From Paraspadella gotoi (taxonomy: Eukaryota; Animalia; Chaetognatha): a stretch of 64,000 nucleotides of DNA. Shown in pieces: positions 40,285 to 53,373 of this stretch; positions within the stretch are counted from its first letter, which is position 1, and each line of letters begins with the position of its first letter. The stretch covers positions 2,105,320 to 2,169,319 of the forward strand of contig CM119270.1 of the NCBI GenBank assembly GCA_051294375.1, written 5' to 3'. Below the pieces are notes generated by a model, which was given only the letters and a program-made list of their open reading frames with translations, ran no database searches and had not been told where the DNA came from. Position numbers and translations under genes: made by a program.

Positions 40285-43200
40285 GCTCGTCTCATGCATC
40301 TCCCTACTAATCTCGTTTTATTCTGTTATTTCTTCCGGCCCTTAATCTCATCTTTTTCTCTGCAGATTACTTTCTGACAGTGCTCTTTCTTTCTTCCCTG
40401 TCTCTCCTCTTGTCTTTTCGGGGCCATCCCATCGTCGTTTACTTATATTTTTCTTTCTGCCTCTTCTTCTCTGTGCACTAGCTTTCCTTCTCTCTATGCT
40501 TCTCCTCCTTCTTTTTTTAGCTCTCTCATTCTCTTTCTTTCATTTCATCTCACTTATCTCACTCTTTATCTCTCTCTCTTTTCTCTTTCAATTCTATCCT
40601 TTCTCTCACCCGCTCTTCTCCTCTCATTCTCTCTCTCTCTCTCTCATCTCGCTCACTCCCTTTTTTGCTCATTATCTTTCTCACTCTCTCTCCTCTCTCT
40701 CTTCTTTCATTCTCTCCCTTCCTTTTTTCTCTTCATCCTTTTTCTTCCACCTTTCTCCGCTTTTCCCTCTTCCTCCCGCGTCCTTTTTTTTTTACTCTAA
40801 TCATCTCTTTTCCTCTCTTTTCCTCCATTTATAACCATAATTCAGTCTTTATTCTTCGGCTCGTTTTCCTTCCCTTCGACTTCTCTTTCCTTTTTTTTTT
40901 CTTTTCTTTTTTTCGTTTCAGTTTCTTTTCTTTTTTTCCCCTCCAATTTAATTTCCTCTTTTTATACTATTCTCTCTTTCCTTCTTTCCTCCCTTTTTTT
41001 CATTTTTCTTTCCGTTTTTCCTTCCTCCTAATTTATCACGTTTTTTTTCTCCTTCTGAAGGGAGATTCGTGTTTCTTCCAAATGTTATCGGTTATGGTTG
41101 AATCCCTGTTTAATTAGATACGGTTCGCTTACTCTTTCCTCCCTTTCCTTTTTAGGATTTTCTTTTTTTTTTTTTGTTCTTATTTCGTTATGTAAATTTT
41201 TCTTTGTATCTTTTTAATGTATATATTTTTAATTTTTAGATGTCTATTTATTATAAATTTTTATAATTTAGTAATTTAAACGGTCATGATTAGCTTTTTA
41301 CTTTCTCTCCATACATTCTTTTTTTCAACCGCAATCTTTCTTTCCTTCTTCCGCTATTCTTTTCTTCTCTCTTTGTTTCTTTGTTTGTTTCTTTCTTTCT
41401 TTCTTTCTTTCTTTCTTTCATTCTTTCTTTTTTTTTCTTTCCCTCTTTCATTTCATTCTTTAGTTTTCTTTTCTTTCACCTTTACTCACCCCAACAGCCG
41501 CAGCATTAAACCCTTACCTCCTCTCGATTTCTGAATTACGATCTTCTGGAAATCTTCTGTTGAAGACAGAAAATGATCTTCTCTTAAACCGGAGGAGGAG
41601 GAAGAGGAGTAGGGGGAAGAAGATGGGGATAAGGAGGAGGAGGAGAAGGAGGAGAAGGAGGAGGAGGAGGAGGAAGAAAGAGACGATCCTCTTCGTCGGC
41701 CACGCCCATAGAGTTTAAAGCTTCTTGTCCCTCTGCCCTCGTCATCGTCATTGGCGCAGTCATTGCCAGAGCCCCACGCCCACCCCCGCCCACCGCCCCT
41801 TCGGTTGCCCGCCTTCTCGATCTGTGATGGCGTGAGTCTGTGATGGCGTGATTCTGTGATGGCGTGAGTCATAAGGTTTTTTCTGTTTCGTCAAAAATCG
41901 TCTCTTGGTCCTTAGGGTGAAGCAACTGATTGGAAATATAAAAAAATGTTCATTATTTACAGTTTTTTAACAGTTTAATGAGAAAAACTTTTAAAATTAT
42001 ATATATACTTTCCTATGCCACCTTTTATTTATAAAATTCAATTAAACTTTCAAAATTGAACATAATTTGAAAATTCTAGTCTATTATGTAATAATATTCT
42101 GGCTTCCAAAACTTATAAATTTGCTAAAATACATTAATAGGTTTTAGTTTGTTTTTTTTTATGTGCGAAATTGAAATTTTATAAAATTTGATTATTATTA
42201 TGAACACTCTACTTCAGTGCTCCACTCTAATGATCACTCTACTTGGCAATCGTCATCTCGATTGATGTAAAATGGTCATTTGGGTTTTTTTTCAAAAAAG
42301 AAAGTCGCAAAGAAAGTCTCACCTTCTGTCTTCTCATTCATCTCTTACTTTCGAATTTTGACAAAAACCACAACCAACTGTCAAGTCGTCGTTCACAACG
42401 ACATCTTCCTCATCCTCTTCATCCGATCAGAGAAAAACTCATAACTTCTTTTGTCAACTTCCTGACGTTTTTTTACGTTTAAGTTTGTCTGTCTGTCTTT
42501 ATTTCTTTCTTTCTTTCTTTCTTTCNNNNNNNNNNNNNNNNNNNNNNNNNTCTATCTATGTCTCTTATCTTCTCTTTCTGCTTTTCTTCCGATATCTTTC
42601 TTCTCTTTCTTTCTTTCTCTTATTATTTCTTTCTTTCCTTTCCTTAGCTGCTCTCCCATGCACTACTCGTTTTTTTCTCTGTTAAATCGACTTTAAACCT
42701 GTTTCCCTCCCTCAAGCTCCTCCTCCTCCTGCCTCCTCTGCATCCTCATCCTCCTTTCTGTTGGGGCAGCAACTCAACGTCCTTTTGTGGCATAGCAAAA
42801 CCTTCCATTTTTTTCGCAAATCCTTTCAAAAATGCGTGCCACACGAACATTTTCGCTCCGTCCCCCGTGTTATATTTCTCAACTCAAAGTGGGGTCGGAG
42901 GAGAGACAGGAGATAGAGAAAGAAGAGAGAGTAGAAAGAGACTGCAGAGAAAAAGATGAGATTAAGCACAAGAGAATAACAGGAATAAACTCGAGTGGAG
43001 TAGGAGAGATGATGAGAGAAGGAGAGAGAGACGAAGAAGAGAGACGACGACAGAGAGAGAGGTAGAGAGAGAGAGAGAGAGAGAAGAGAGAGGAGGAGAG
43101 AGAGGAGAGGATTTAGAGAGAGGGATAGTCTTTATTACCGAGGGATTTTCCCTTCGCCTTTGTTCCGCGCTGTGAAAGGTCGAGGGACGAGACCGACGCC

Positions 43201-44270
43201 ACGTACAGCTAGACAAGTACGTCTCGTATCCTCCAACGCGGAGTGCCTATGCGGGAACATCGCTTGTCGATGGCAAAAAAGAGACGGGAGGGGCTCAAGC
43301 GAGATTCAGGGGAGGGAGAAGGAAGAAAGAGCCGAAAGGCGGGAATCCCCGGATCCTGTTTCTTCTTGAAGTAACGGAAGTGGGAGTCAGTGCACCAGCG
43401 CGAGACCCTGGTCACCCTCCCCCCTCTTCCTCCTCACTTCCCCCACGAATCCCCTCCCTTCCCTCCGCCTCCGCCTCACTCACTCTCTCCTTCCCTCCTC
43501 TTCTTCGCTCTATCTTTCTCCCCACCCTAATTAAAAAGCAAACATTCTGGCTGCAGCCGCTCCTCAAGGGCAAGTCTCAAGTCTAAACCATCCCTAGCAG
43601 AGCTTTGAAGAGTGAGGGGTACGATCCCCTCGTTGGAGAACTGCAATGCCTTTCCAGAGTCAAGGTCAAGGACAAATGAGGCGGACGACGAACGGCATTC
43701 GATGTCCAAAACAAATTTAAAGGAAAACGGAAATGGAGGACGACGACGACGTCGACGACGACGACAATGAGGACGACGACGCATTCGATGTCCAAAACAA
43801 ATTTAAGAAAACGGAATGTCATGTGACAATGTCTTGTGACAAAGTCATGTTACAAAGTGTGACAAAGTTTTTATCGTCTAAAAATTTAATAAATAATTTA
43901 TTTTCTGATTTAATATTTTCGTGAATCTAATTAAAGTTTTCGACGATGGATTTTTAATCCACTTCAGTCAGGAAACTGAAATTAAAAACTAAAAGTTTGT
44001 TTTTGGTTTAATTATTATTTAAATTTATAAGTTCATATTTGATTTAAGATATTTTTTGGATTCATTTTCCGTCTTGACTTTCAATCGAAGACGATTATGT
44101 CATTGGAATGGCGTCGACCAGAACAAAAACAACAACAGAAAGCTGAACAACAACAACAAGAACAACAACAACGACGACGACGACGACAAAAGTAAAAAAT
44201 GTGTGAAGAGAAAAATGACAGAATTTTTGAGAAGATGAAGAGTTTTCGTTCTTGTTCCATCTGGGCACGC

Positions 44271-44307
<37 letters not shown>

Positions 44308-47300
44308 NNNNNNNNNNNNNNNNNNNNNNNNNNNNNNNNNNNNNNNNNNNNNNNNNNNNNNNNNNNNNNNNNNNNNNNNNNNNNNNNNNNNNNNNNNNNN
44401 NNNNNNNNNNNNNNNNNNNNNNNNNNNNNNNNNNNNNNNNNNNNNNNNNNATATTGGCGAGGGATGTATGTATGTATGTCTATTCTAGTAATGAATTTTA
44501 TGTTTAAACAATCTCTTTCTTACAAGCATACATTTTTATTAAAGGTTTACATTAAAATTCAAAAAAGGTTCAACAAAAGAATAAAATAAAACTAACGGAA
44601 AATCTTTCCAATCTTAATAAACAAGTTTGAGCAAACAATACCGGATCTGCCCACGATCATTAGCGGTAATTAATTAATTAATTCAAGTTTAATAAATAAT
44701 TAGTCAATTAATTAATTAATCTGATCCGACATGTTAGTTTTTAGATTTTTTCGTCACTGACCACGACAAAAGTAACGACGACGATGATGGCGACGACGAC
44801 AATAATGCCGATAACGATTAATTGATTGACTTACTTGATTGATTGATTTATTGCTTGATTGATTAATTGATTGAATTATTAATTAATTGATAAACAAATT
44901 GATTGATTGAATAATTAATTGTTAGTTAAATAATTTTTTTCATTGAATAATTAATTGTTGATTAATTAATTGACTAATTGATTAATTAACTGATTAATTA
45001 TTTGATTAATTAGTACATCTTGCATTTTCATTTAATATAAAAAGAAAAAAGACGGACGGACGGACATCAATTTTTTTGCATAATTTATCATAATTCGATG
45101 TTCTGACATGATATAAGTGACTTACCGACAATATTTTTTGGGGGGCGGACCGACGGACCGACAAAGTGAATAATAAAACCGGAATCTGCTGTAAGCAGAT
45201 CCGGCTAAAAAATTCTGTAGAAAAAGAGAGAGAAATGAAAGGAAAGAATCTTTGGGGAAGGAAAAGGAGATTAAACGAGGAGGTAGGGAAAAAGTTTTCG
45301 GCACCTGAGTTTCTTTCCTTTTCTTTTTTTCTTTTTTTCTTTCCTCCTTTTTCCTCCGCAGGGAGAAATCAGTGATTNNNNNNNNNNNNNNNNNNNNNNN
45401 NNNNNNNNNNNNNNNNNNNNNNNNNNNNNNNNNNNNNNNNNNNNNNNNNNNNNNNNNNNNNNNNNNNNNNNNNNNNNNNNNNNNNNNNNNNNNNNNNNNN
45501 NNNNNNNNNNNNNNNNNNNNNNNNNNNNNNNNNNNNNNNNNNNNNNNNNNNNNNNNNNNNNNNNNNNNNNNNNNNNNNNNNNNNNNNNNNNNCTCCTCAC
45601 CTAAGACCGAATCGGTCGCGTGAATCCTTTTCTCACTTTTTTTCTCATTCACTTCACATTTTTTATGTTAAAAGCTGAGTATGGATTCTTCCAGCTAAAA
45701 ACGTTTTACCGTAAAATGCTTTTTTTTTCTTGAATTAATTCGCGGCTTTTATCAAAATAAATTAGAAACCAATTTTGAAAAACCTCAGGAAGCAGATGTA
45801 CGGTCTTCTTTGCTTTCAAAGAACAGCAGATGGGCTGAAAGCGACAATTCGTTAAAAAAAAATATTTGAGAAAGTTAGTTCATTTATTATTCTAGTACGA
45901 TTCATGAGCCCAGCAGTGTAAAGAATGGCATAAATAAATAAATTTATGAAATTTCATGGTTCCATCGTAAAAGTGCCAAAGATAAAAAAATCAGATTTAT
46001 CTGTCAAATTCGTGATAAAAAAATTATTTTGGAAATATAATTTTTTTAAAAACGTGATTATATATTTAAAAATCAATTTCATCAGTTCAGGATTTAAGGG
46101 GAACACTGGAAACTTTTAAAGGGAGAATAAGCCAATGGCATTAGAGATAACTTGATAAGTTGGATAAGGGGTGGAAAGTAAGGCGGGTCTAAAGTCTGCG
46201 GCGGCGGCGGCGGCGGCGGCTGCGGCGTCTCTAAAAGCTCGTAAAGTTTTTTAAATGGAATCCTCGTCGCAAAATTGATTATCGTTCGTCCATAACTTTT
46301 CATTTTCCCGCCGCGCAAACAGAGGGCGCTTCCAGTCGCATCCCCCCCCCGGAAAAAAAAAAGGAAAACAAAATTGAAGCGGGAAAAAAAAAAGATTGAA
46401 GAGAAAAGAAAGAGAAAAAATATTAAAAAAAAAAAGAAGAAAAAAAAATAAGCGGAAGAATTTGAGTAGAGATTAAATCTAAAACTCGGGGCGTCAAAGA
46501 TGAAGAGAGAAATTAAGGATAAAAAAAAATTGGGAAAGAAAACCTTAAAAAAATTGATAAAAAATAAACTAAATCAATTAATTAAATTGTTTTTCCTTTT
46601 TTTTTCGCCAAAGCGAAAAAAAAACCCAAATTGATCGGGTCTGGGAATTTTGAATTCTTCATTGTTAATGATTCCAGTTTATGGGAGAAAAGAACAAAAA
46701 AAAATTGGGGGGAAAAAAGGAGGAAATTTTGTGTTCATTTTTCATTCAAGACGCAATTTTTTTTTTCTGAGGGGGGGGGAAAGAAAGTAGCGGAGATTAA
46801 TCAAAAAAAGAAATTTAGAGAGGGAAAGAAAAATATTAATAAGGAAAGAAAGAAAGAAAGAAAGAGGGAAAGAATAAAAGAAAGAAAGAAGGAACGAAAG
46901 AACGAAATAACCAAAGAATAAGTTATATTATTTTACGGATACTATATTTAGCTTTAATCTATTATCTATTCATAAAACATGATATATCTTTCATACTACA
47001 AAGCTCTTTGAGAAAACGATACAATTATTATCATAAAAAAATGTTGTTTTTTATCGCAAAGAGAANNNNNNNNNNNNNNNNNNNNNNNNNNNNNNNNNNN
47101 NNNNNNNNNNNNNNNNNNNNNNNNNNNNNNNNNNNNNNNNNNNNNNNNNNNNNNNNNNNNNNNNNNNNNNNNNNNNNNNNNNNNNNNNNNNNNNNNNNNN
47201 NNNNNNNNNNNNNNNNNNNNNNNNNNNNNNNNNNNNNNNNNNNNNNNNNNNNNNNNNNNNNNNNNNNNNNNNNNNNNNNNNNNNNNNNNNNNNNNNNNNN

Positions 47301-47373
47301 NNNNNNNNNNNNNNNNNNNNNNNNNNNNNNNNNNNNNNNNNNNNNNNNNNNNNNNNNNNNNNNNNNNNCACAG

Positions 47374-47666
47374 GACCACAGCCACAAATCCTACCGCCCG
47401 CTCACCGTTCTCTCCTTTCGTCTCAACTTTTGGGCTGCGACGAATTGGGTCCTCGACAGAGGGCGCTCCGAAGAGACGACGACGACGACGCGCCGGAGGA
47501 TTAAAGGCGAAACCGGAAACGAACTAACATCCGGGTCTGGAATAGATCCGGTTCGTGGCGACGATGACGACGACGACGATGACGGCGACGACGACAACGA
47601 CAACGGCGACGACGACAATGATGATCTTGGAATGAAAATCGCCGAAGTTTTGGGAGAAAATTTTGG
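47374..47666 (+). CDS. TMTC: Internal coding exon of a TMTC-family (TMTC1-4) protein O-mannosyltransferase, N-terminal lumenal region
   Basis: Translates to DHSHKSYRPLTVLSFRLNFW..., matching the conserved TMTC motif SHKSYRPLxxLxFRLN. It is preceded by CAG (47371-47373) directly after an N gap and ends at a consensus donor GG|GTAAGT (GT at 47667). The paralogue cannot be assigned, and neighbouring exons are not visible (probably in N gaps). Confidence 0.85.
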
Positions 47667-47730
47667 GTAAGTTTGGGAAACTCTGAAAAATTAATTAATT
47701 AACTAATTGATTAATTATTTAATTAAGAAT

Positions 47731-47893
47731 ATTGAACCTCAACTGAAGAACAGACCCAAATTGAATATCAAACTTAATTCTTTGACCGGTATTTTAGGCC
47801 AAGTCGTTGAATGAGTTACAATTAAATACCTAATCAATTAATATTTGCTGAAAAAATTCTTCAATTTGGGTCTGTTTTTAGTCGAAGTTCTAT
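47731..47893. mobile_element. MITE-like element with ~35-bp imperfect terminal inverted repeats, in the intron after the TMTC exon
   Basis: Left end ATTGAACCTCAACTGAAGAACAGACCCAAATTGAA (47731-47765). The reverse complement of the right end (47860-47893) is ATAGAACTTCGACTAAAAACAGACCCAAATTGAA. The AT-rich interior is non-coding and no clear target-site duplication is visible. Confidence 0.5.
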
Positions 47894-48845
47894 CTATTTC
47901 CGCCAGGGTATTAGTAAACAAAATATCATTGAACTTTTTCTTACAAAACAAGAGAAAAAGTTTCAATGAACGTATTTTTTAAATTTAATTCGTCCTGTCT
48001 TCATTGAAGTTGAAAATTTCATAAAATTCAAAACTAAGTTTCAAATGAATGATCAAATAAAATCCCTCAGTAATACAAAGTCATGAACGAAAAAAACAAA
48101 CCAAGAAAACAATATCATATTTTATCTACATGAACTTTTCCAAAATCTTCAAAATAGAATCTGAGTAAAATAATTCACGTCTCGTAGTTCACCCAGATGG
48201 TAAAACGAAACCAGTCTGTTTTCTTTTTTTGTTTTCTTTCGTTTTTTCTTCACGAAACAACTAAAAACCACTGGAAAAGAGTAAAACAAAAAAAAAAAAC
48301 AAAAAAAAACAACAAATTTTTATTTCCTCACTTGATTCGAAACAAATGGAAAAAACAAGCGTCGTTGCTTAGCGACGGGAGCGTNNNNNNNNNNNNNNNN
48401 NNNNNNNNNNNNNNNNNNNNNNNNNNNNNNNNNNNNNNNNNNNNNNNNNNNNNNNNNNNNNNNNNNNNNNNNNNNNNNNNNNNNNNNNNNNNNNNNNNNN
48501 NNNNNNNNNNNNNNNNNNNNNNNNNNNNNNNNNNNNNNNNNNNNNNNNNNNNNNNNNNNNNNNNNNNNNNNNNNNNNNNNNNNNNNNNNNNNNNNNNNNN
48601 NNNNNNNNNNNNNNNNNNNNNNNNNNNNNNNNNNNNNNNNNNNNNNNNNNNNNNNNNNNNNNNNNNNNNNNNNNNNNNNNNNNNNNNNNNNNNNNNNNNN
48701 NNNNNNNNNNNNNNNNNNNNNNNNNNNNNNNNNNNNNNNNNNNNNNNNNNNNNNNNNNNNNNNNNNNNNNNNNNNNNNNNNNNNNNNNNNNNNNNNNNNN
48801 NNNNNNNNNNNNNNNNNNNNNNNNNNNNNNNNNNNNNNNNNNNNN

Positions 48846-48881
<36 letters not shown>

Positions 48882-49416
48882 AGGCTCTTAAAAGGTGAGG
48901 TTTTTGCGTACGGGCGATGAAATCTTAATCCGAGGTTGGGATGTGAAACATTTGAATACCGTGAAAATTCTGCGGGATGCAAATAGAGAGAAGAAAGAGG
49001 AAGAGGAAAGAAGGGAGAAGGAAGGAAGAGTTTAAAAAAGAGATGGAAAAGGGAAGAGAAAAGGAAAAAAGGAAAAAGGAGAAAGTAAAATGAGGAAGGA
49101 AGGGAGAAAGGAAAAAGGGAGAGGAAGAGAAAAGAAGGAAGAAGGAAGGAAGGGTGAAAAAGGAGATGGAAAAGGGAAGAGAAAAGGAGAAAGTAAAATG
49201 AAGAAGGAAGGGAGAAAGAAGGAGAAAAGGAAAAAGGAAAAGAAAGAGAGAAGAGAGAAGGAAGGGAGAAGACATAAAAACTTGAAATTCAGATGTGTGT
49301 TGCGCCACAGTGACATATTGAGCCCGTGTATGTTCGACAAGCACTGCATCGCCGCTAGCAGTATCCTAGATTTGAGGTTTTTTCCTGTCTTGACAAATGT
49401 ACAACCGACTATAGGC

Positions 49417-49505
49417 GAGGTATGAGAATTTTTAACGTAAGTGGGACAAACCGACGAACAGACAGACTGACCGACCGACAGACAGACGAGAAGTGACTTA
49501 GAGGC
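49417..49505 (+). mobile_element. Dispersed repeat fragment with (GACA/GACC)n microsatellite, DINE-1/HINE-like
   Basis: GAGGTATGAGAATTTTTAACGTAAGTGGGACAAACCGACGAACAGACA aligns to the reverse complement of 62190-62239 (GAGTTATGAGGGTTTTTAACATTAGTGGGACAGACCGACGGACAGACA). An internal GTCY microsatellite is typical of Helentron-associated elements, but that assignment is inference. Confidence 0.5.
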
Positions 49506-52341
49506 ACAGAAGAGGGATGGACGATGTGAAAGGGAGAAAAGAAGGAGTGGAAAGGAAAGGAAAAAAAGGAAAGGAGAAGAGAGAAAAGGAAAAGGAAAGT
49601 GGAAATTAAAAGGAAGAGGTTTGATTGAAGATTTGAAGAAGCTAAGGTTTTTTTTTTATCCGGGACTCATGATGATTTTGAGAAAAAAAAATTTCATGTT
49701 GTGGGCAAAATTTTTATGAGGCTGACGATTTTGAACGTGACGATGAAAAAGAGAAGTAAAAAGGAACGTAACGACGACGATAAAGATAAAGATGATGACG
49801 ACGACGATGAAGATGGCGACGACGATGACGNNNNNNNNNNNNNNNNNNNNNNNNNNNNNNNNNNNNNNNNNNNNNNNNNNNNNNNNNNNNNNNNNNNNNN
49901 NNNNNNNNNNNNNNNNNNNNNNNNNNNNNNNNNNNNNNNNNNNNNNNNNNNNNNNNNNNNNNNNNNNNNNNNNNNNNNNNNNNNNNNNNNNNNNNNNNNN
50001 NNNNNNNNNNNNNNNNNNNNNNNNNNNNNNNNNNNNNNNNNNNNNNNNNNNNNNNNNNNNNNNNNNNNNNNNNNNNNNNNNNNNNNNNNNNNNNNNNNNN
50101 NNNNNNNNNNNNNNNNNNNNNNNNNNNNNNNNNNNNNNNNNNNNNNNNNNGACGACGACGATGATGACGATGAAGATGACGACGACGATGGCGACAGCGT
50201 CTGGTAAAACGACTGTAAAATGGACGCATTAGTGAGACTGAATCTCTTTTATGATCTTTATTCCCTGACGACGTTGAGTCATAGAAGGTACTGGTCCTTC
50301 AATACAATCAAGCAATGAAAGGTCGTGATCATTTCAACCAAAGTGATGTTCACAAATCGAGCAAATGTTGAATTCCTTGTGAGAAAAAAGACGCGTGAAA
50401 TTGCAAAAACCGAATGAAGATTTTGAAAGATGAGTTGAGGAGTTGAGGAGTTGAGGAGTTGAGGAGTTAAGGAGTTGGAAAGGAAAGTCTGGGTTTTTAT
50501 TTTGATGGACAAAAAAGGGAATTTTAAGAAGGAAAGAGGAAGAGAGAGGAAAAAAAGTTTATGTTCAAACGAAAGAAATTGTTTACTTAGAATTAGGCTT
50601 GTTTTTGAGATGGAAAATCTGTGAAAAAAGATTTACAGAAGATTTTCTATTTCACGTTATCCGTGAGTGAGTCGCGTTTGAAAGCTGATATGTTTTTGAA
50701 CTTGTAACAAGATCTGACCGACATTTAATGAATAATTAATTTTTATATCGGTTGTACCAATTTCACGAGAAATTGCCCCTCAATGCTGCTTGCGAAAGCT
50801 TGCTCAGTGAAAATATTAGTAGCAGAAATAAGAAAAAAACGTGTGAAAAGAAATTGAAAGGAGAAGATGAACGCGAACAAAAGACATCGATGAAACAGAG
50901 AAGAGAAAAATTTGCTTAGAATTGTAGTTTTTCAAACAAAAGACAGTTATGCTTTGCTGAGAATATGCTAATTAAGAGAAGCTAATTACATTGTTTCTGT
51001 NNNNNNNNNNNNNNNNNNNNNNNNNNNNNNNNNNNNNNNNNNNNNNNNNNNNNNNNNNNNNNNNNNNNNNNNNNNNNNNNNNNNNNNNNNNNNNNNNNNN
51101 NNNNNNNNNNNNNNNNNNNNNNNNNNNNNNNNNNNNNNNNNNNNNNNNNNNNNNNNCTCTCATCAAAATTAACAACGCGTTTCTATTTGAATACACAAAC
51201 GAAATTTATGATGAAGTATGCAGATTTTTTTGAACGTAACATTAAAAGTTTTTAAAAAATTTTGTAATCAGTAATTTTGTAAATGTTTCATGACCTCAAC
51301 ATTTTTGCATCGCGATTGGAAAATTTTGAATACGATTCTGCTAAAAATATGAATATAAAGATTTTATATCGAATTCAACGATTAATTAATTAGGACTTAA
51401 GATGAGATAAAATAATGAATTAAGTTTATGAGTTAATAGGATTAGTTGATAGAATAATAAGCTAATAAGATAAGTGTATTTAGTCTATTGATNNNNNNNN
51501 NNNNNNNNNNNNNNNNNNNNNNNNNNNNNNNNNNNNNNNNNNNNNNNNNNNNNNNNNNNNNNNNNNNNNNNNNNNNNNNNNNNNNNNNNNNNNNNNNNNN
51601 NNNNNNNNNNNNNNNNNNNNNNNNNNNNNNNNNNNNNNNNNNNNNNNNNNNNNNNNNNNNNNNNNNNNNNNNNNNNNNNNNNNNNNNNNNNNNNNNNNNN
51701 NNNNNNNNNNNNNNNNNNNNNNNNNNNNNNNNNNNNNNNNNNNNNNNNNNNNNNNNNNNNNNNNNNNNNNNNNNNNNNNNNNNNNNNNNNNNNNNNNNNN
51801 NNNNNNNNNNNNNNNNNNNNNNNNNNNNNNNNNNNNNNNNNNNNNNNNNNNNNNNNNNNNNNNNNNNNNNNNNNNNNNNNNNNNNNNNNNNNNNNNNNNN
51901 NNNNNNNNNNNNNNNNNNNNNNNNNNNNNNNNNNNNNNNNNNNNNNNNNNNNNNNNNNNNNNNNNNNNNNNNNNNNNNNNNNNNNNNNNNNNNNNNNNNN
52001 NNNNNNNNNNNNNNNNNNNNNNNNNNNNNNNNNNNNNNNNNNNTCGGCTGTTTTGTATGCTGGAACATTTCCTACATCTTCGAGTTCAGTGATGATGACA
52101 AATTAAATAAAATCGTGGGATGATTTTTAAAATGACAAGAATGAACNNNNNNNNNNNNNNNNNNNNNNNNNNNNNNNNNNNNNNNNNNNNNNNNNNNNNN
52201 NNNNNNNNNNNNNNNNNNNNNNNNNNNNNNNNNNNNNNNNNNNNNNNNNNNNNNNNNNNNNNNNNNNNNNNNNNNNNNNNNNNNNNNNNNNNNNNNNNNN
52301 NNNNNNNNNNNNNNNNNNNNNNNNNNNNNNNNNNNNNNNNN

Positions 52342-52377
<36 letters not shown>

Positions 52378-52871
52378 TCACGAATCAACCAAATGAATCG
52401 GAAAAAGAGAGTCTTTTCTCGTCAATTAATCCCAAAAAAATTCAAATCGATTAACTAATTTGAATCACATAGATGAATGGATTTCAAATGGTTTAATGGA
52501 CCCATAAGACCGACTCCAATTCTAAAATTAAAAGGCTAAATTTGTAAGAAATGTTTATTTACAAAGGTTTGTTTCCTTCTCTTCTCTCATTTTTTCTTTC
52601 TCTCTTCTTTTCAATTCTCTTTCCCTCTCTTTTCTTTCTCTCTTTTTCAATTCTCTTTCCTATCTTTTCTTCTCTTCTCTTTCCTTTTTTCTTTCTCTCT
52701 TCCTTTAAATTCTCTTTCCCTATCTTTTCTTCTCTTCTCTTTCCTTTTTTCTTTCTCTCTTCTTTTAAATTCTCTTTCCCTATCTTTTCCTTTCTTCTCT
52801 TTCCTCCACTTTTTCCTCCTTTTTCTCTTCCTAATTTCCATTCCTGCATATTATTCGCTTTTCTTCTCATT

Positions 52872-53228
52872 TAAGATTCACCTTAAGATTCACCCAAGAT
52901 TCACAAAAGATTCTCACAAGATTCTCCCTAGATTCTCCCAAGATTCTATTAGGATTCTCCCAAGATTCTATAGGATTCTCCCAAGATTCTCCCAAGATTC
53001 TTTAGGATTCTCCAAGATTCTCCAAGACTCTTCCAAGATTCTCTCAAGATTTTCCCAAGATTCTCCCAGACTCTCGCTAGATTCTCCCAAGATTCTATTA
53101 GGATTCTCCCAAGATTCTCCCAAGATTCTTTAGATTCTCCCAAGATTCTCCCAAGACCTTCCAAGATTCTCTCAGATTTTCCCAAGATTCTCCCAAGACT
53201 CTCAGATTCTTCAATTCTCCCAGGATCT
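52872..53228. repeat. 10/11-bp minisatellite (CCCAAGATTCT)n
   Basis: Direct reading shows about 30 degenerate units. Confidence 0.9.
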
Positions 53229-53314
53229 TCCATCTCCCTTTACCTTTTCTAGCTTCCTCTCTTTCATTTTAACGATTTATTTACATAAATCTTTTCTTCT
53301 CTTCCTCTCTCCCT

Positions 53315-53373
<59 letters not shown>

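Larger units (their letters stand above)
44308..52341. other. Gappy scaffold segment with eight sized N gaps (about 140-550 nt)
   Basis: N runs start at 44308, 45378, 47066, 48385, 49831, 51001, 51493 and 52147, and several abut microsatellites. Confidence 0.95.

Noticed and set aside
45121-45170. Possible upstream TMTC exon (..DNIFWG..)
   Set aside because: It lacks the conserved NDFWG and the preceding DD motif, the spacing to SHKSYRP is wrong, and it overlaps a GACC-type repeat.
48892-48990. PDZ-like peptide LRTGDEILIRGWDVKHLNTVKILRDA on the plus strand
   Set aside because: It needs gaps to fit the PDZ pattern, has a stop just upstream and no acceptor. The opposite strand has the better splice acceptor, so the match is probably chance.
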